DNA of 63,752 nt, filler included, from Conidiobolus incongruus B7586 (lineage: Eukaryota), in NCBI GenBank assembly GCA_000697335.1. It is 10 parts of 10 records of this genome, joined end to end, with 100 filler letters (N's around TTAATTAATTAA, not from the genome) between each part and the next. Parts side by side here need not be neighbours in the genome. Positions count along the whole stretch, not along the records: positions 1 to 15,915 come from JNEM01007023.1; 9 more parts are not named here. One strand, given 5' to 3'. Below the pieces are notes generated by a model, which was not told the origin of the DNA, ran no database searches, and saw nothing but the letters and a program-made list of their open reading frames with translations. Positions 1-13,084 of this stretch are shown piece after piece. Position numbers and translations under genes: made by a program. The number at the start of each line of letters is the position of its first letter. Positions within the stretch are counted from its first letter, which is position 1.

Positions 1-290
1 AGCTGTTTGTAAATTTTGAATGATTTTAGAGGGTTTGTGGTTAAATTTTACTGATACTAAAATAAAAGACTTTTGATGGTCACTATTTGGTTTAAGCATG
101 ATTAAATTAAACAACTAATTTTAAAAAATTCATTTTTTAATCAAAAAAATTATTATATATATATATATATATATAATTCAAAACTATTTATTTTCCTATT
201 TGTTTTGTATATATTTGCTTATTTGAAACTAATAATATGTTTGAAAAATCAGAAATTAAAAAATTTCCCATTTCTTTGATTCCATGGTAA
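1..290 (-). mobile_element. mariner (DD34D) element, 5' end, running off the window; inserted into another mariner copy
   Basis: Minus-strand ATG at 99 reads MLKPNSDHQKSFILVSVKFNHKPSKIIQNLQTA, matching the N-terminus of the other copies. Left TIR (TTACCATGGAATCAAAGAAATGGGAAATTTTT on minus) ends at 290, followed by TA at 291-292. Confidence 0.85.
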
Positions 291-697
291 TAATATAAGA
301 AAACCTATTATTTTACATGATAATTATAAAATACATAAATCTAAAGCTATAAAAAACTTTCTAATTAAAAATAACTGGAAAAAACTACCACATCTAGTAT
401 ATTCCTTTGATTATAACCTATGTAATTATAATTACTTTAGGCAATTAAAAAACTAGCTTACAGGAAAGAAAATTTCTACAGGAAAATTTAATTGGTTTAT
501 AAAACATCAAATTTCAATCTTTAATAAAAAAAACTATTTTTTAAGTGTTAGAAGTTTGTTAAAAGTATAGCAAAAAGTTATTAATAATAAAAGAAACTAT
601 TAAATTTATATTATATATTTATTTTTATATATCATATATTCAAATATTTATTTATTTTTAATTGCAAAAAATTCCCATTATTAAAAATACAGAGTAA
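291..697 (+). mobile_element. mariner (DD34D) element, 3' part with right TIR
   Basis: Reads KPIILHDNYKIHKSKAIKNFLIKNNWKKLPHLVYSFDYNLCNY, the degenerate HDN...WE.LPHPPYSPDLAPSDY motif. Near-identical to 15541-15915. Right TIR AAAAATTCCCATTATTAAAAATACAGAGTAA ends at 697, then TA. Confidence 0.85.
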
Positions 698-699
698 TA

Positions 700-1080
700 T
701 TTTATTTTGTTGAATATTATTATGTATATTAGTATCATATTTCAATATTAATAAATTAAATGTTATTGAATAAAGGTACTTTAAAGTATATTTGAAATCA
801 AACCATGAGCCCATCAAAATCTATAACAATTTTAGCAAGACTAAAAATAATCTGACACTATTCAATTGTATAGTTTATTAGTGATTTTGTTAATTTAATG
901 CAAATTGCAAAGATGTTAATAATTACTCAAATTCTGGCTGTCAATCATTAATCACTACTCCATAAAATATTTAGAGTTAAAAATCTCCTCCAAGTTTCCT
1001 ATTCTTTTATCAGTTACATTATTTAATATAATCCAATTTTTAATTTACTCTTTTTAAATATTACTAAAAATCAAATTCAT
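700..1080 (-). mobile_element. possible decayed non-LTR (LINE-like) reverse transcriptase fragment
   Basis: Minus frame reads LSNY*HLCNLH*INKITNKLYN*IVSDYF*SC*NCYRF*WAHG. Reverting transitions gives NYR.LCNL..I.K...and YGFRRAHG, resembling the LINE RT NYRPISL...K..GFR..H region. The match is weak and by eye only. Confidence 0.3.
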
Positions 1081-3395
1081 TATAAGTGTAAAAGTACTAT
1101 ATAAGTATTTCAAAATTAAAAATTTTTAAAAGAAGGAAATAGAGTTTAATGTTAAGTGAAAACATGATAAAGTAGAGCAATAATTCTAGGCTGTTAGAAT
1201 ATATTATTACTATTATTGAAATCTGTATTTTATTTCTATTATTTCCTATGCCCAAATAATATTCAATTTTCTGAGTATTTGCTTAATATCTTCCCTCCCT
1301 CCTAAATTAATTGAAAATTTTATACAAAGGAGATTGCTCACTATGGTTAATGATATTTACACTGCATTTTTTTTACTCTTTTATTATCCTTGGACAGAAT
1401 CATAATACATATAATATATCATTTATTTTTAAAAACAACTATTTTTACTTGTTGTAAACCACAACTGAAAATGAGATTATCAGTTTTGCATGTAATGGCT
1501 GTGTTTATAAAGCAAATATAAATAATTAAATTGTTTAATATAGAGAATTAGTTTTTTTTTAAATTATCCAGAATATCCATCTGACCTCAACCATTGCAGT
1601 TATGATTATTTGAGTTCTTAAAACACAAATTTATAGAAAAAAAAATTTTTAAATACACTTCAAGAGAACGAATAATTAAAAATAATTTCACAAATGATTA
1701 AAAATGTACTAATATAATATCCAAGGTTTGCCAGAAATTTAGAAAAATATTATTTAAAGATATTAATCAACTTATAATATATTTTATTATTTAATTTAAT
1801 CTAATTTACCAAATTGATTCAAAATTTAATATTTAAATTTTATTAAAGTATATATCTTTCAAAGTGATATATAATAAAAATTCATTTTCATTAAATTGTT
1901 TTTATCAATTAATTGATTTGATTTAATATTATTTAGCTTTAATATTATGGCCACCTTATTATATATATACTATTCATTTTCAAGTTGATTTTATTTTATG
2001 ATGACCTTATAAATAATGAAAAATAAAGTTTGACAATTCTTGCTTTTTTATATCATATATTGATTATATAATATGTTTAATATTTATTTTCATTAATGTC
2101 CCAAATTTCTTATATATGAAAATTTATTTGTATATATTACCCTAATTTGGCTAATCAGCTTGATTTCGCTTTTTCTATCTTATAATGAACAATTTTTTGA
2201 TTAACTGATTAAAATTTAAATGATTAATTATAGTTTTGCATATGAATTAACACTTGAAGGAATTTTTTATTCGATTAATTACAAATATCCTAAAAACTGA
2301 AATTATATTTAATCAGATTATCCAATATTCTGTTTTTTTAACCTTGCTTTGGATTTCAACTTTATCTTGAATATTAATTTTAATCTAAATTATCTAATTA
2401 TTAAACTTGAAATTTTTTCTTTGTTTTCAAATAGTAACCACTCCAAAAGATAAAAATAATTGGATGCTAGTAGTTAATAGATATAGAAATGTTTGCATCA
2501 TTTCTCAATTCTACACTTATATTATGTCTTCACCATATTTTCTTACTATATAATTGAGTCTGTTATGTTGTATTGGATACTAAATTTAAATAGTTAAACA
2601 AATGAAATTTGATCAAAATGAAATAAATTTAAATTGATATTTAAAAATTCTATTAAAAATGTATATAAAAGAGATAATATCACATTAGCTTCAATCATAT
2701 GATACATATTGTTTATGAACCAAATCAATTATATATATATATATATATTCTCATGAAGATTAACATTTTGTTTTGGGTTAATTATATAGATTTAGAATGA
2801 ATGAGTGATAAACTAAATTAGTAGCCTGATAAATAGTTTGAAGTTCAAAGGAAGACCTAAAAACACAAAATATCTTAATCTGATTCGACATTACTTTGCT
2901 TTATTGGATAAATAGACAAAGCGTATAATAATTAATAATCTCAAATTCCTATAATAATTCACAGGAATGGGCTTATTAATAGCGATTAATCATATAATCA
3001 AAGACATAGTTAATTATAATGCAGGAAATAGGAAACATTAATCAAACTTGAATAATTCTATAATTAAATTACTATATACGAAATACAGGACATAAAAAAT
3101 TTACTAATGAATCAACAAATTTAATATAATGCAGCAAAAATATTTTCAATTAATTTTTCAATATTATGAATTTGTATTTTCCCAATAATTGAGTATAAAC
3201 CCATTGTATTCATATTGGATCACATTAATTAAAAACAATTTTCAAAATTATATTACCTGTTTCATATTTCATGTTTGCCATATTAATATATTATTGACAG
3301 GTTATAATAATTAAATTTAAAAAGTATTTTCACATTTTTACCATATAATGATTACAATTATAGAGATTGTTGATATTGTTGAATAATATAAAATT

Positions 3396-3434
<39 letters not shown>

Positions 3435-5284
3435 CATTTTAATATAAATTGATATTAGGTGAGATAATTTTTTTAATATTTCAAAATATAGGTTTTATTA
3501 AAAATAACTCATGTATTTAATTAGCTAAAGATGAATATATTAAAAGATATTGTGATATATTGATTATAAGTTGATTAGGTTATTAAGATAATTTAATTAT
3601 TCAAAATATTGCCATTTACTACTTGGTTACATTATATATTAAAAGTTTTAAAATTGAACATTCCAACGAATAATAATATTAATCATATATTTGTCAAGTA
3701 CAAAATTCCATAATTTCGATATGTTAAACAATTTTTATATATTTTAAAATTATAAAAGATATAAATATTTAATAATTTAAGCCGTATTTTTGAGTATTTC
3801 ACTAATGTTAATATATCAAAAAAAACATAAAAGAAACTAAAATTGTGGTACCACTTTTATATTAAAATTGGTCTTGCTTTTTTATTACAAATTATAGTAA
3901 AATAATAAATATCTATATTATCCAGTTTTCGACTAGGTATTTATATTTGATTTATCCAATGATTATATAATACATTTTTTCACACTTCTGAATATAAATA
4001 TTTTATTAATATATACTTAACGTTTATAAATATTAACTTTAAATAATCTGTCCTAAATTAATATAAATGTATATTAAAAATATTCATAGTATAACATAGT
4101 TCTAACAACTTGAATTTACAAGTCCAAACTTGCATCTATAAGATTTGATTTTATACAGCAATAAAATTATTTTAAATAATTTAAATATCATTTAATTTAA
4201 TTTTATAATCACTAGCTTTGATATATATTTAATTTTAACCCATTCAATATAATAATTTTAATTTGTCTAATCTATATTTAAGTACTATGTTATTACCAAA
4301 AAATCTAAAATTGATTGTGTTATACTTAAAATATAGTTTACAAAAAGAGTCAGTCATTTATAGTAAACATTGAATGTATATTATAGTGTGTAGATTTTGT
4401 GACTAATAGAGTATAAATAAATTGGAAATAATACTCACAAGAATATTGATTATTTGTCAAAATTCATATATTTGAGATAAAATAATACAGTTTCAACTAT
4501 AGTATAAATTTAATATTTTCGATATAAAATAGCATAAAAATTTCATTAATTAGATTTGATTTTATTAATCTATATATAATACTTTCTACTAGATTTTTAA
4601 TTGGATAGAGTTATGTTAAATTTTATTCAATTGCTTTTAATTGAACAATATCATATACAGAATAGATTACAAAATATTCCAAATATATTAAATAATACAA
4701 TGGTGATTATATAATTAAGATTATTCCAAATATATTATTCGAAGAGTATTAGTCAAGCTTTAGAAAAGATGGATATAATTAATTATGAATATCTAGCAAG
4801 TTTTCATATAAATCTCGTTTAATTCACCAAAACATCATATTGAAATTTTAATCCATAATTAAATAAATATATTGATATTAAAAAATATATGGTTGCAAAA
4901 GTAAAATCAATATTATTGTTAAATATCAAAATCATAGCTTTTCAATATTAAATCCTAGAAATTGAACAAATATTAAAATTTTAACACACTGATCCCTACT
5001 CAAAATTCAATTCAGAAATATTTTTGAAAATTTTATAATATATACATAGGAATTGTTATTCTTTCAAATTAATGAAATATAGAGCACATATTAATGAGTT
5101 AGTAAATTCAATTTCCAAAATATGCATATATACCTAATACTATTTGAATATTTTATTCCTTTAATAGGGAACAGAGTTAATATTAATGATATATATTTGA
5201 GATTAAATTATGAATTACTTTTCATTGAGTTTTTTTGAATTAAGTGATTATTTAATTGAAATATATAAATATGTGATATTAAAG

Positions 5285-5324
5285 CATTGTTAATACAAAC
5301 CATTGTCAATACAAACCATTGTCA
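5285..5324. repeat. short tandem duplication, 16-bp unit CATTGTYAATACAAAC, ~2.5 copies
   Basis: Sequence reads cattgttaatacaaac cattgtcaatacaaac cattgtca. Confidence 0.8.
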
Positions 5325-5934
5325 TGTTATTAACCAGTCTAGAATATATCGTATCATATATTTCCCAACATTGAAATTTAAGAAAATTAAGTAATAAACA
5401 GATATTATTTAGTTTTCAATTAGAATCTAGATTGTATTATATCCCAAAGCTTTCCTGCCAATTTTTATTTTCTTTTTAAATATCAATTACTGAGTCATCA
5501 TTTTATATACCAAAAATTTTCAAAAATAGATAAAAATTGCAATTTAGAAGAATAGATCAATTGATGAGAATGTACTGGTAATTTTTCACATACACAATTA
5601 AAAATGAATTTTAAAAGCACACATTATAGAATTGACGACCTATTATGTAGATAAATTCATTTAAAATTGAAAAGGCTACCTTAAGGTTAATAGTAATCAA
5701 AATAAAATGAAACTTATAGAAATAATTACTATTATTAATTGTATATTCAATAAATTACTAAAACTGTTAATATCAAGAGTAACAAATTAAAATACATCAA
5801 ATTTAAACTTGTTAATTAATTTTAATTTATTTAAAAGAGATTAATTAAGATTGTGATATATTAAGAATAAGGTTGGAAGATAAATTAAATACATTTTAAA
5901 TATATATATACAATCAAAACATAAATTTTTAAAC

Positions 5935-7605
5935 TTAATTGGCGATGAAAAGTTTGGACAATGGTTTAACAATCTTTTCAACAAATTTGTTATCTTGGCT
6001 AGAAGATCTTCTATTAACCAATCGAATATCGAATCTTTCAAAGGGATGGGTGAAATCATCGAATCTTGCACTAAATACTTCCACGTTTGGAAACATTTTA
6101 AATTGTGAGTCGCCTTTCATACTCGGTGGCAAATGATCTTTCAAAACTGTTAAAGATACGATATCAGGGCATTTTTGCATGATTTTGCGAAGATATGGGA
6201 TGCCAAAGTAGTCAATACCTGCTAAACTTACTTTGACCCAGGGGAGTTGTATTCTCATCTCGCTCAATTTTATCATATGTTCAGTAGTGACATTGGTGCA
6301 AAATGTAAGTGTTATCACTTTGGGGAATAACATGGCGACTTCGTGCCATTTAGGAGGGTGAACACCCTGGCAATAGCTATAGCTGAGCCATAAAAGACCT
6401 ACATTGGGCATAAGCATATGGATCAATTCAGGATTAATCAAAGCGGCATTAGAGAACGCAGGGATAGATAGTCTTTTCAATTTAGTCATTGGGTTAAAAA
6501 GGGTGAGAGGTTTTGGGAGTGGGGTCAAGGAAACCAGTTCTTCGAGATTAGGACAATGAACAGATATTAAACTGATAATTTCAGTATCTACAACAGATAA
6601 ATGAAGTTTTTCAAGATTTGGGGCACCATCACTTAATCCTTCTTTGACTAGGCGCTTAATATAATCCATTGCTACGGTATGTTCATCTTCAAGACGTATT
6701 AAAAAGACGAATTCCTTATATCTACTAAGTTGAAATTTGTTGAAATTTATAGTGACATTAGAGAGATCCTCATCTGTCAATTCGAAATGAGACTCAATGA
6801 GCAAATGGAAGCTATCCAAGTACTCAAGTCGCTTGGTGATAAGATATATAATCATGAGATCACTCCAAGTTATTTTACATTTTGGTGAAAGAGTGATTCT
6901 TAAATGATGAAGATTGGGGAATCGGGGAATCACATCTTTATACTGATCAAACTGCTCCTGTGTGGCACAGTTAATTTCTAATCTCTCCAAAACAGTCCTT
7001 AATGGAAAAGTTGAGCTCCAGTAAACCATATCATTAAATTCCTTAAGACGGATTTCATTCAAATGGATCAAGATTTGACGATCTAAAATTTGATTGAGAT
7101 ATGACCAGTCAGATATCTCTGCAACATGTTTACTACTCAGAATAATCTTTTCCAAGTTTTGCCAATTAATGCGTTCTTCACATTGTTTCAAAAAATCGCG
7201 AAAACTCCTCTTCCAGTATCTAGACTTTGCGGGGATTCCACAAAATTCTATCAAAACTAAATTTTGAGCGGGCCCAATAATAAATCGAAAAAATTCTTGT
7301 GGACCAAACAAAACGTCTGCTTCGGCTTTTAAAACGTGTTTACCATACTTTTGAACCAGCTGAACTCCATTCTTCTTCATATATATGTGAGGGTTGATAA
7401 TTTCGAAATTCATTGGAATTAACATCTCGTTCCACTCGATACATCCTTTGCGCAGATAGTGACGTCTGGACGGAGGCATATAGCTGGCAATCAGCTTGAC
7501 AATTTTGGGGTCCGCGTGCCTCCAAGAGAATGTAGGAGTAGATGATGTACTGCTGCGACTTGTTCCGTTTGATTTGATACTAGATCGGCTGGTAACGAAC
7601 TTCAT
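5935..7605 (-). CDS. F-box-like / leucine-rich-repeat protein, 556 aa, intronless
   Basis: Long ORF with higher GC than its flanks. N-terminal F-box-like segment (DPKIVKLIASYMP...LRKGCIEWNEMLIPMNF) followed by RNI-like LRR units (FPNLHHLRI, APNLEKLHL, CPNLEEL, CPDIVSLTV). Confidence 0.7.
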   Translation of the reverse strand: MKFVTSRSSIKSNGTSRSSTSSTPTFSWRHADPKIVKLIASYMPPSRRHYLRKGCIEWNEMLIPMNFEIINPHIYMKKNGVQLVQKYGKHVLKAEADVLFGPQEFFRFIIGPAQNLVLIEFCGIPAKSRYWKRSFRDFLKQCEERINWQNLEKIILSSKHVAEISDWSYLNQILDRQILIHLNEIRLKEFNDMVYWSSTFPLRTVLERLEINCATQEQFDQYKDVIPRFPNLHHLRITLSPKCKITWSDLMIIYLITKRLEYLDSFHLLIESHFELTDEDLSNVTINFNKFQLSRYKEFVFLIRLEDEHTVAMDYIKRLVKEGLSDGAPNLEKLHLSVVDTEIISLISVHCPNLEELVSLTPLPKPLTLFNPMTKLKRLSIPAFSNAALINPELIHMLMPNVGLLWLSYSYCQGVHPPKWHEVAMLFPKVITLTFCTNVTTEHMIKLSEMRIQLPWVKVSLAGIDYFGIPYLRKIMQKCPDIVSLTVLKDHLPPSMKGDSQFKMFPNVEVFSARFDDFTHPFERFDIRLVNRRSSSQDNKFVEKIVKPLSKLFIAN

Positions 7606-10600
7606 TAATCAATATAAATTCTATAATATTATTATTTTATAACCCAAACTTTATATATTGGATAATATATATAAGTTATTTTAATTAAACCATTAATTAA
7701 TTATCTACACAGTGAGATTAAAACTTAATTCATAAAGTAAAAATAGCTATTTATATAATAATAAATGGAGAAATAAAACCAGTTAGTTTTAGGAAAAATA
7801 TAACGTGCTTCATTGGAATAAAATTATTATGAGAAATTATCCCATTTCATATGAGTAATAAAGGAAGTTGATTTATTCAATGACATAATATAATATCATG
7901 ATAATTTGTTGAGTTAGTATTGATCCGACAATTCAATTGTAATAATTCTTGATATTATAAATAGGAATTCAACTTTATAATTCTTATTAACATACAATTT
8001 TATAACTATTAAAATCTATTTTGACTTTATTCAGCTCTTTTTTATTAATTAATTTTATTAAAATTAATATAACAACAAAATTTTTATTATTTAATCACAT
8101 TCTAATACTGTTAGATTTAGTGATCAATTCCTTATTTCGGAATTGTAAATATCCTCTCAATTAATAATTAAAAGTTCAATTTTTAGCTGAAATCCCTACT
8201 TATCACCATTATCTTTCATATTACCCACTATCATATTATTTAGCAGAATACAGGATAATAACAAAAAATTGCATTGAAAATTAAATTTATTACTAATTAT
8301 GATTAAATTATTACAGGTCTAATATTTGATATTAAGTTTATTGAAATAAAGAATATTCTATTTATTATTATCGGATGATTTGAAATAAATTTGCGCCTTC
8401 AAACTTAATATATTGATTTTTGATAATTAATAACGTGTTTTGGCAATAATTATATTGCATAGGAGTTTGAATAATCCGGACAATGCTCTTAATCCGACCG
8501 GTACCTCTACCGTATAGCTTAATTAGCTTTGTTTGAAATTTTATTTTTCACAAAATTTCTTAATTTGAATAATTATTAAAAATTATTTTTTGATAAATTT
8601 GTGTAATATCCGAAGATTAAAATTTATAATGTTCATAATGAATTTAATAAAAATGCTACAAAAAATGTTAGCCTATATGTAATATTTGAAAGTGACAATA
8701 TTATCAGATTTTTCGATGACATTCATCATACGCATTTTTTACATTGTTCTGATTTTAGGTTTAATTTATTTGATCTGATGATTTGAAATGCATCGATAAA
8801 ACATTGGATTAAAATGATGTTTTAATTTACAATTAAGTTTGGTATCTAGTCTAATTTGTTTGTATTGTCCAAACTGCTAGTTCTTTTTAATGGTCGATGA
8901 TATCAAGATTTTTTAATTAGATATGATATTGAATAGACTAAGTAAAACCTTACAGAAGACCAGTGTAAGATAAGAGAATATAATAATATAATCATTGAAA
9001 ATTTAAATTTCACTGTTTATTTTTAGATTATTATCTTAATTGTTGAGGCTTTAAAATAGCACAATTTAATAAAATATTCACATAAAAAATACTTTGAAAT
9101 AAATTTGGATGAATAAAATGGATAATTTGCTATCAAAAATTAGTTATTTAAATCCATTGAATGACTAGTAATTATAATTCAATATATCATACTTGTTCTT
9201 AATGTAGTCTGGGCTGTCCATTGTTGAAATGTTCATTGTTGCTAATTATTAAATAGTAAATTATCAATTTTCAGTTTTAATACAATACGTGATTTAGACC
9301 GTGTCATATTTGTGGAGTTAGTAGAATAATATCTAGTTTTAAATGTTTGCTTTATCGGGTATCATTTCTATATGTTTTGATTAGCTTCCAAATTCACAAA
9401 ATGCAAATTTAAAAGTAATAAGAATCAATAGCATGCGAGATTATTAGTAAAGTTAAAAATTTTCAAAATTTTTAGTAATATGAATTAGATATATCCTAAA
9501 AAGGGAAGTTTAAGGAACGATTTTACTTCTCATGAATATTCACATTGTGATATTTTCAAATGCATATAATCAAACTTGAAAACAAACTATTATATTTAAT
9601 TTTATAAATACACCTCTGATATTTATATCTTCATTCATATCTTATTAATGCTCAAATTCTGATGACAATTTTAATGAATTTCAAGAAACAACTTTTTATG
9701 AATTAGATTATTTTCATGAAATATATGTTTGATTTGCAAGCTGATAACATATAGCTATACAAAATTCAAGAATCACTAATGGTATTATGAAATAAGGACA
9801 AAATATATGAAATCATTTACATTAATTGATATATTTAAATTTGATATTTTTACATCGCTGTCACTAAATCATATAATCCAAGCGCTCACAAGCTGATTAT
9901 ATTAACCAATCGTTTATTCAATTACGAAATACTGCAATTAATACAATTTTTCATTAATCTATTAATTAAATTTTGGCTTTGAAAATTTTAAAGTTATCAT
10001 GATTAGAATGAGTTAATTTGAATTTCATTTTAACTCCTATTTAAATATTGAATTTATTAATATAACTATGTAGTTTATAAAAAGATATATGATTAAATTA
10101 ATTAATATAAATAAATCAGGTAATAATATATAATAATAATAATAACAAATCAGGAAAAATTAACAAGTATTTATAAGATAAAGGATTAAGATCATTTTGC
10201 AAATTGTATTATAAAATAATCATTGTTTAACTTTTTTTAGTGTACAATATTCAAATTTGATTCTTAGATAAAAATAATAATGTATGGAACTATATATAGT
10301 AGTTTTGGTCTGAAAGAGATATCATTAAAAATATGATTAGCATGTATTTTTGATGAATTCACAATTTGAACATTATTCAAATTGTAAATAGCATTGACTT
10401 ATAATGATTGATAATATTATCTCTGTACAATACAAATATTTTCAAAATATAAATTCATAATTTTTCTAATTAAAATATATAATCTATTTCAAGATTCATA
10501 TAATTTATTTTCATTTAATCATTAAATTATAATATTCACGCTACTTTTAGTATTATTCTAATAATACCTTTTATACAGTCTATTTACAATCATTTATTTT

Positions 10601-12166
10601 CATCGTATATCATTGATGAGTATATGATATTTACCTAGGAATATAAGAATATTATATATGCTTTTAAACCATTACTAAAGCCAAATTCTAAAAATATAAT
10701 AAATAATTCTGTGGCATTCTTAATGGGTAGTGTATTTCAATCTAACAAACTGTTTCCTTTGAATTCTATTGTCTTTTGTTGATATTATCTGTATTTGAAT
10801 CAATAATTTTCAAAAATTTGAGAACTACAACTTATATATACCTTATATATCTATCAGAAATAATAAATAATTATTCAAATTGTTTGATAAATATTCAAAA
10901 TTAATATAATCTGAAAAATAAAATATTTGCTATTTTTATTAATTAAAATTCTTGATTTTAATACTTTTATTGTATATTATAATATATTGTACTATTTTTA
11001 TAACATAATTTCAGTGGATAACCAACAAATAGTATATTATGAAAATATAATCCAATTGTTTTCATTATTTTTATTAATTAAATGAATTAATATAATATAA
11101 ATCTTTTATAGAGTTAAATTCCAAAAGAAAAAGGTCATCATAGTAAATTCATTATTAAAACAAAAATTCTCTTATTTCATCAATTATATTTTGAACCATT
11201 TTAATTGAATTCAAAAAAAGTTTTATAATAGCATATTCAATTTATTCAATTATATGATGATTTTTATTGTGATAAAGGAAATTTAACTAATAAGTAATTG
11301 TTGGTGTATTCATTAATTTTGTTTTTAATATTTAATATTACCTGCAATTGTTTAGAAAATATTCTTCAATTAAAAATCAGTATTTTCAATTATTTGAAGA
11401 TTAAAATTTTAAAAATCCTATTGACTATAAAGTTGATATAAATATAAAACCAATACATGTGCAATTATATATTGAGTCTGAAATCAAATTAATTGATGAA
11501 ATGCAGTTTAATTTTTAAATTTATATTCATATAAAATTATTCAAATTCAAAATCCTTTCGATCAATAAATTTTATTATATGAAGTGTTTTAGAGACTCTA
11601 TCCATCAAAATTAGTTTTATTTTTATTTTTTCATACAACTGAACCATATATCTATTAATTATAATAATGAAAAAATGTATTTGTATATAATATAAGCCAA
11701 AAGATTGATTATTCATATTCATCAATAGTAATATTTGGACGCAATCATGACCTTGATGATTGATTACATATTCTGGTCACAACTCAAGGATTTAATCTAT
11801 ATACGACTAAACTATTATTTATTCACACATATCAGAGCATATTTATATTATAATAAACAACTATTGATATTGAATATATCAATTATGTTTTAGGAATTAA
11901 ATTATTATAATATCTATTCTCGATAAACTAAATTCATTTTTGCCCACTATGATGCTTATATTTCAATATATTTATGATATTTATTAAATCTTCTTGAATC
12001 AGTCAACTGGTTCAAAATTAGACGATTCTATACGTCTTTTCAACTTTAAATTTCCTAAACTTTGATCCCACATTTTGGAAATCATCAAATCCCTCAGATA
12101 AATTAAATCAACCAATTGTCGGATAAATTGAACAATATAAATTAATAGAATTAATATAAAAAACCT

Positions 12167-13084
12167 ATGAATTTTTTAAAAACTTACAGATATCCCATAC
12201 TAGGATTGAGTGGAATAACTTTAAGTTATTTTATTTACCAACGTAATGAAGATAAAAAGTGTAGACAGTTAAGTTTAGATAGATTTAATAATGTGGAACT
12301 GATCACAAAAGAGAAAGTTAATTGGAATACTAATAAATACGAATTTAAGTTTAAAAATCAGACTGATAAGATTGAATACAATACGATTAATTCGATTCAG
12401 ATTAAGGATAATTCCATGCAAATTCTGAGATATTATACACCTTTGCCTAACGATACGTGTAAGTGGACTCCCAGTGGATTCCAGTGTGATAAGTTGACAT
12501 TTTTGATAAAACATTATGAGAATGGCCCATTATCCACACTTCTTGATGGGTTGAAGGTTGGTGACAATGTTGAAATGAGAGGTCCTTACACCACTTATGA
12601 CTACCAGCCCAATCGCTATGATCGCGTAGGATGTATTGTAGGAGGAACTGGTATCACTCCAATTTATCAATTATTAGTCCACAGTTTGAATAATGATCAA
12701 GATCAAACCAAATTCAATATCCTATATCTCAATTCTACCTATGAAGATATATTACTCAAAGAAGAATTGGACAAACTACAATCTAAACACTCCAATAGAC
12801 TCAGCATTCAATACCAAATCACTAGAGAATTACCCAAATTAATTAATGGCAAAGATCCGGCTGCTGAAGCTAAGATTAAATACGAAAAATTCAACTCTAC
12901 CAACTTTAACGAATGGTTGAGAGATGTGTACCAAGCTAATCAATCTAACTATTTTTTGGTATGTGGTCCTGATGGATTCATGAAATCAGTGTCTGGAGAG
13001 CGCTTAAGTGAATATAATCAAGGACCTATCAAAGGTTGGTTAGGAAGGTTGGGATTCGGTCAAGATGAAGTTTATAAATTATAA
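12167..13084 (+). CDS. NADH-cytochrome b5 reductase family flavoprotein (mitochondrial Mcr1/Cyc2 type), 305 aa
   Basis: N-terminal hydrophobic anchor, FAD motif RYYTP, IKHYENGPLS, NAD motifs GGTGITP and CGP, and C-terminal QGPIKGWL..LGF...VYKL typical of Mcr1/Cyc2. Confidence 0.9.
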   Translation: MNFLKTYRYPILGLSGITLSYFIYQRNEDKKCRQLSLDRFNNVELITKEKVNWNTNKYEFKFKNQTDKIEYNTINSIQIKDNSMQILRYYTPLPNDTCKWTPSGFQCDKLTFLIKHYENGPLSTLLDGLKVGDNVEMRGPYTTYDYQPNRYDRVGCIVGGTGITPIYQLLVHSLNNDQDQTKFNILYLNSTYEDILLKEELDKLQSKHSNRLSIQYQITRELPKLINGKDPAAEAKIKYEKFNSTNFNEWLRDVYQANQSNYFLVCGPDGFMKSVSGERLSEYNQGPIKGWLGRLGFGQDEVYKL

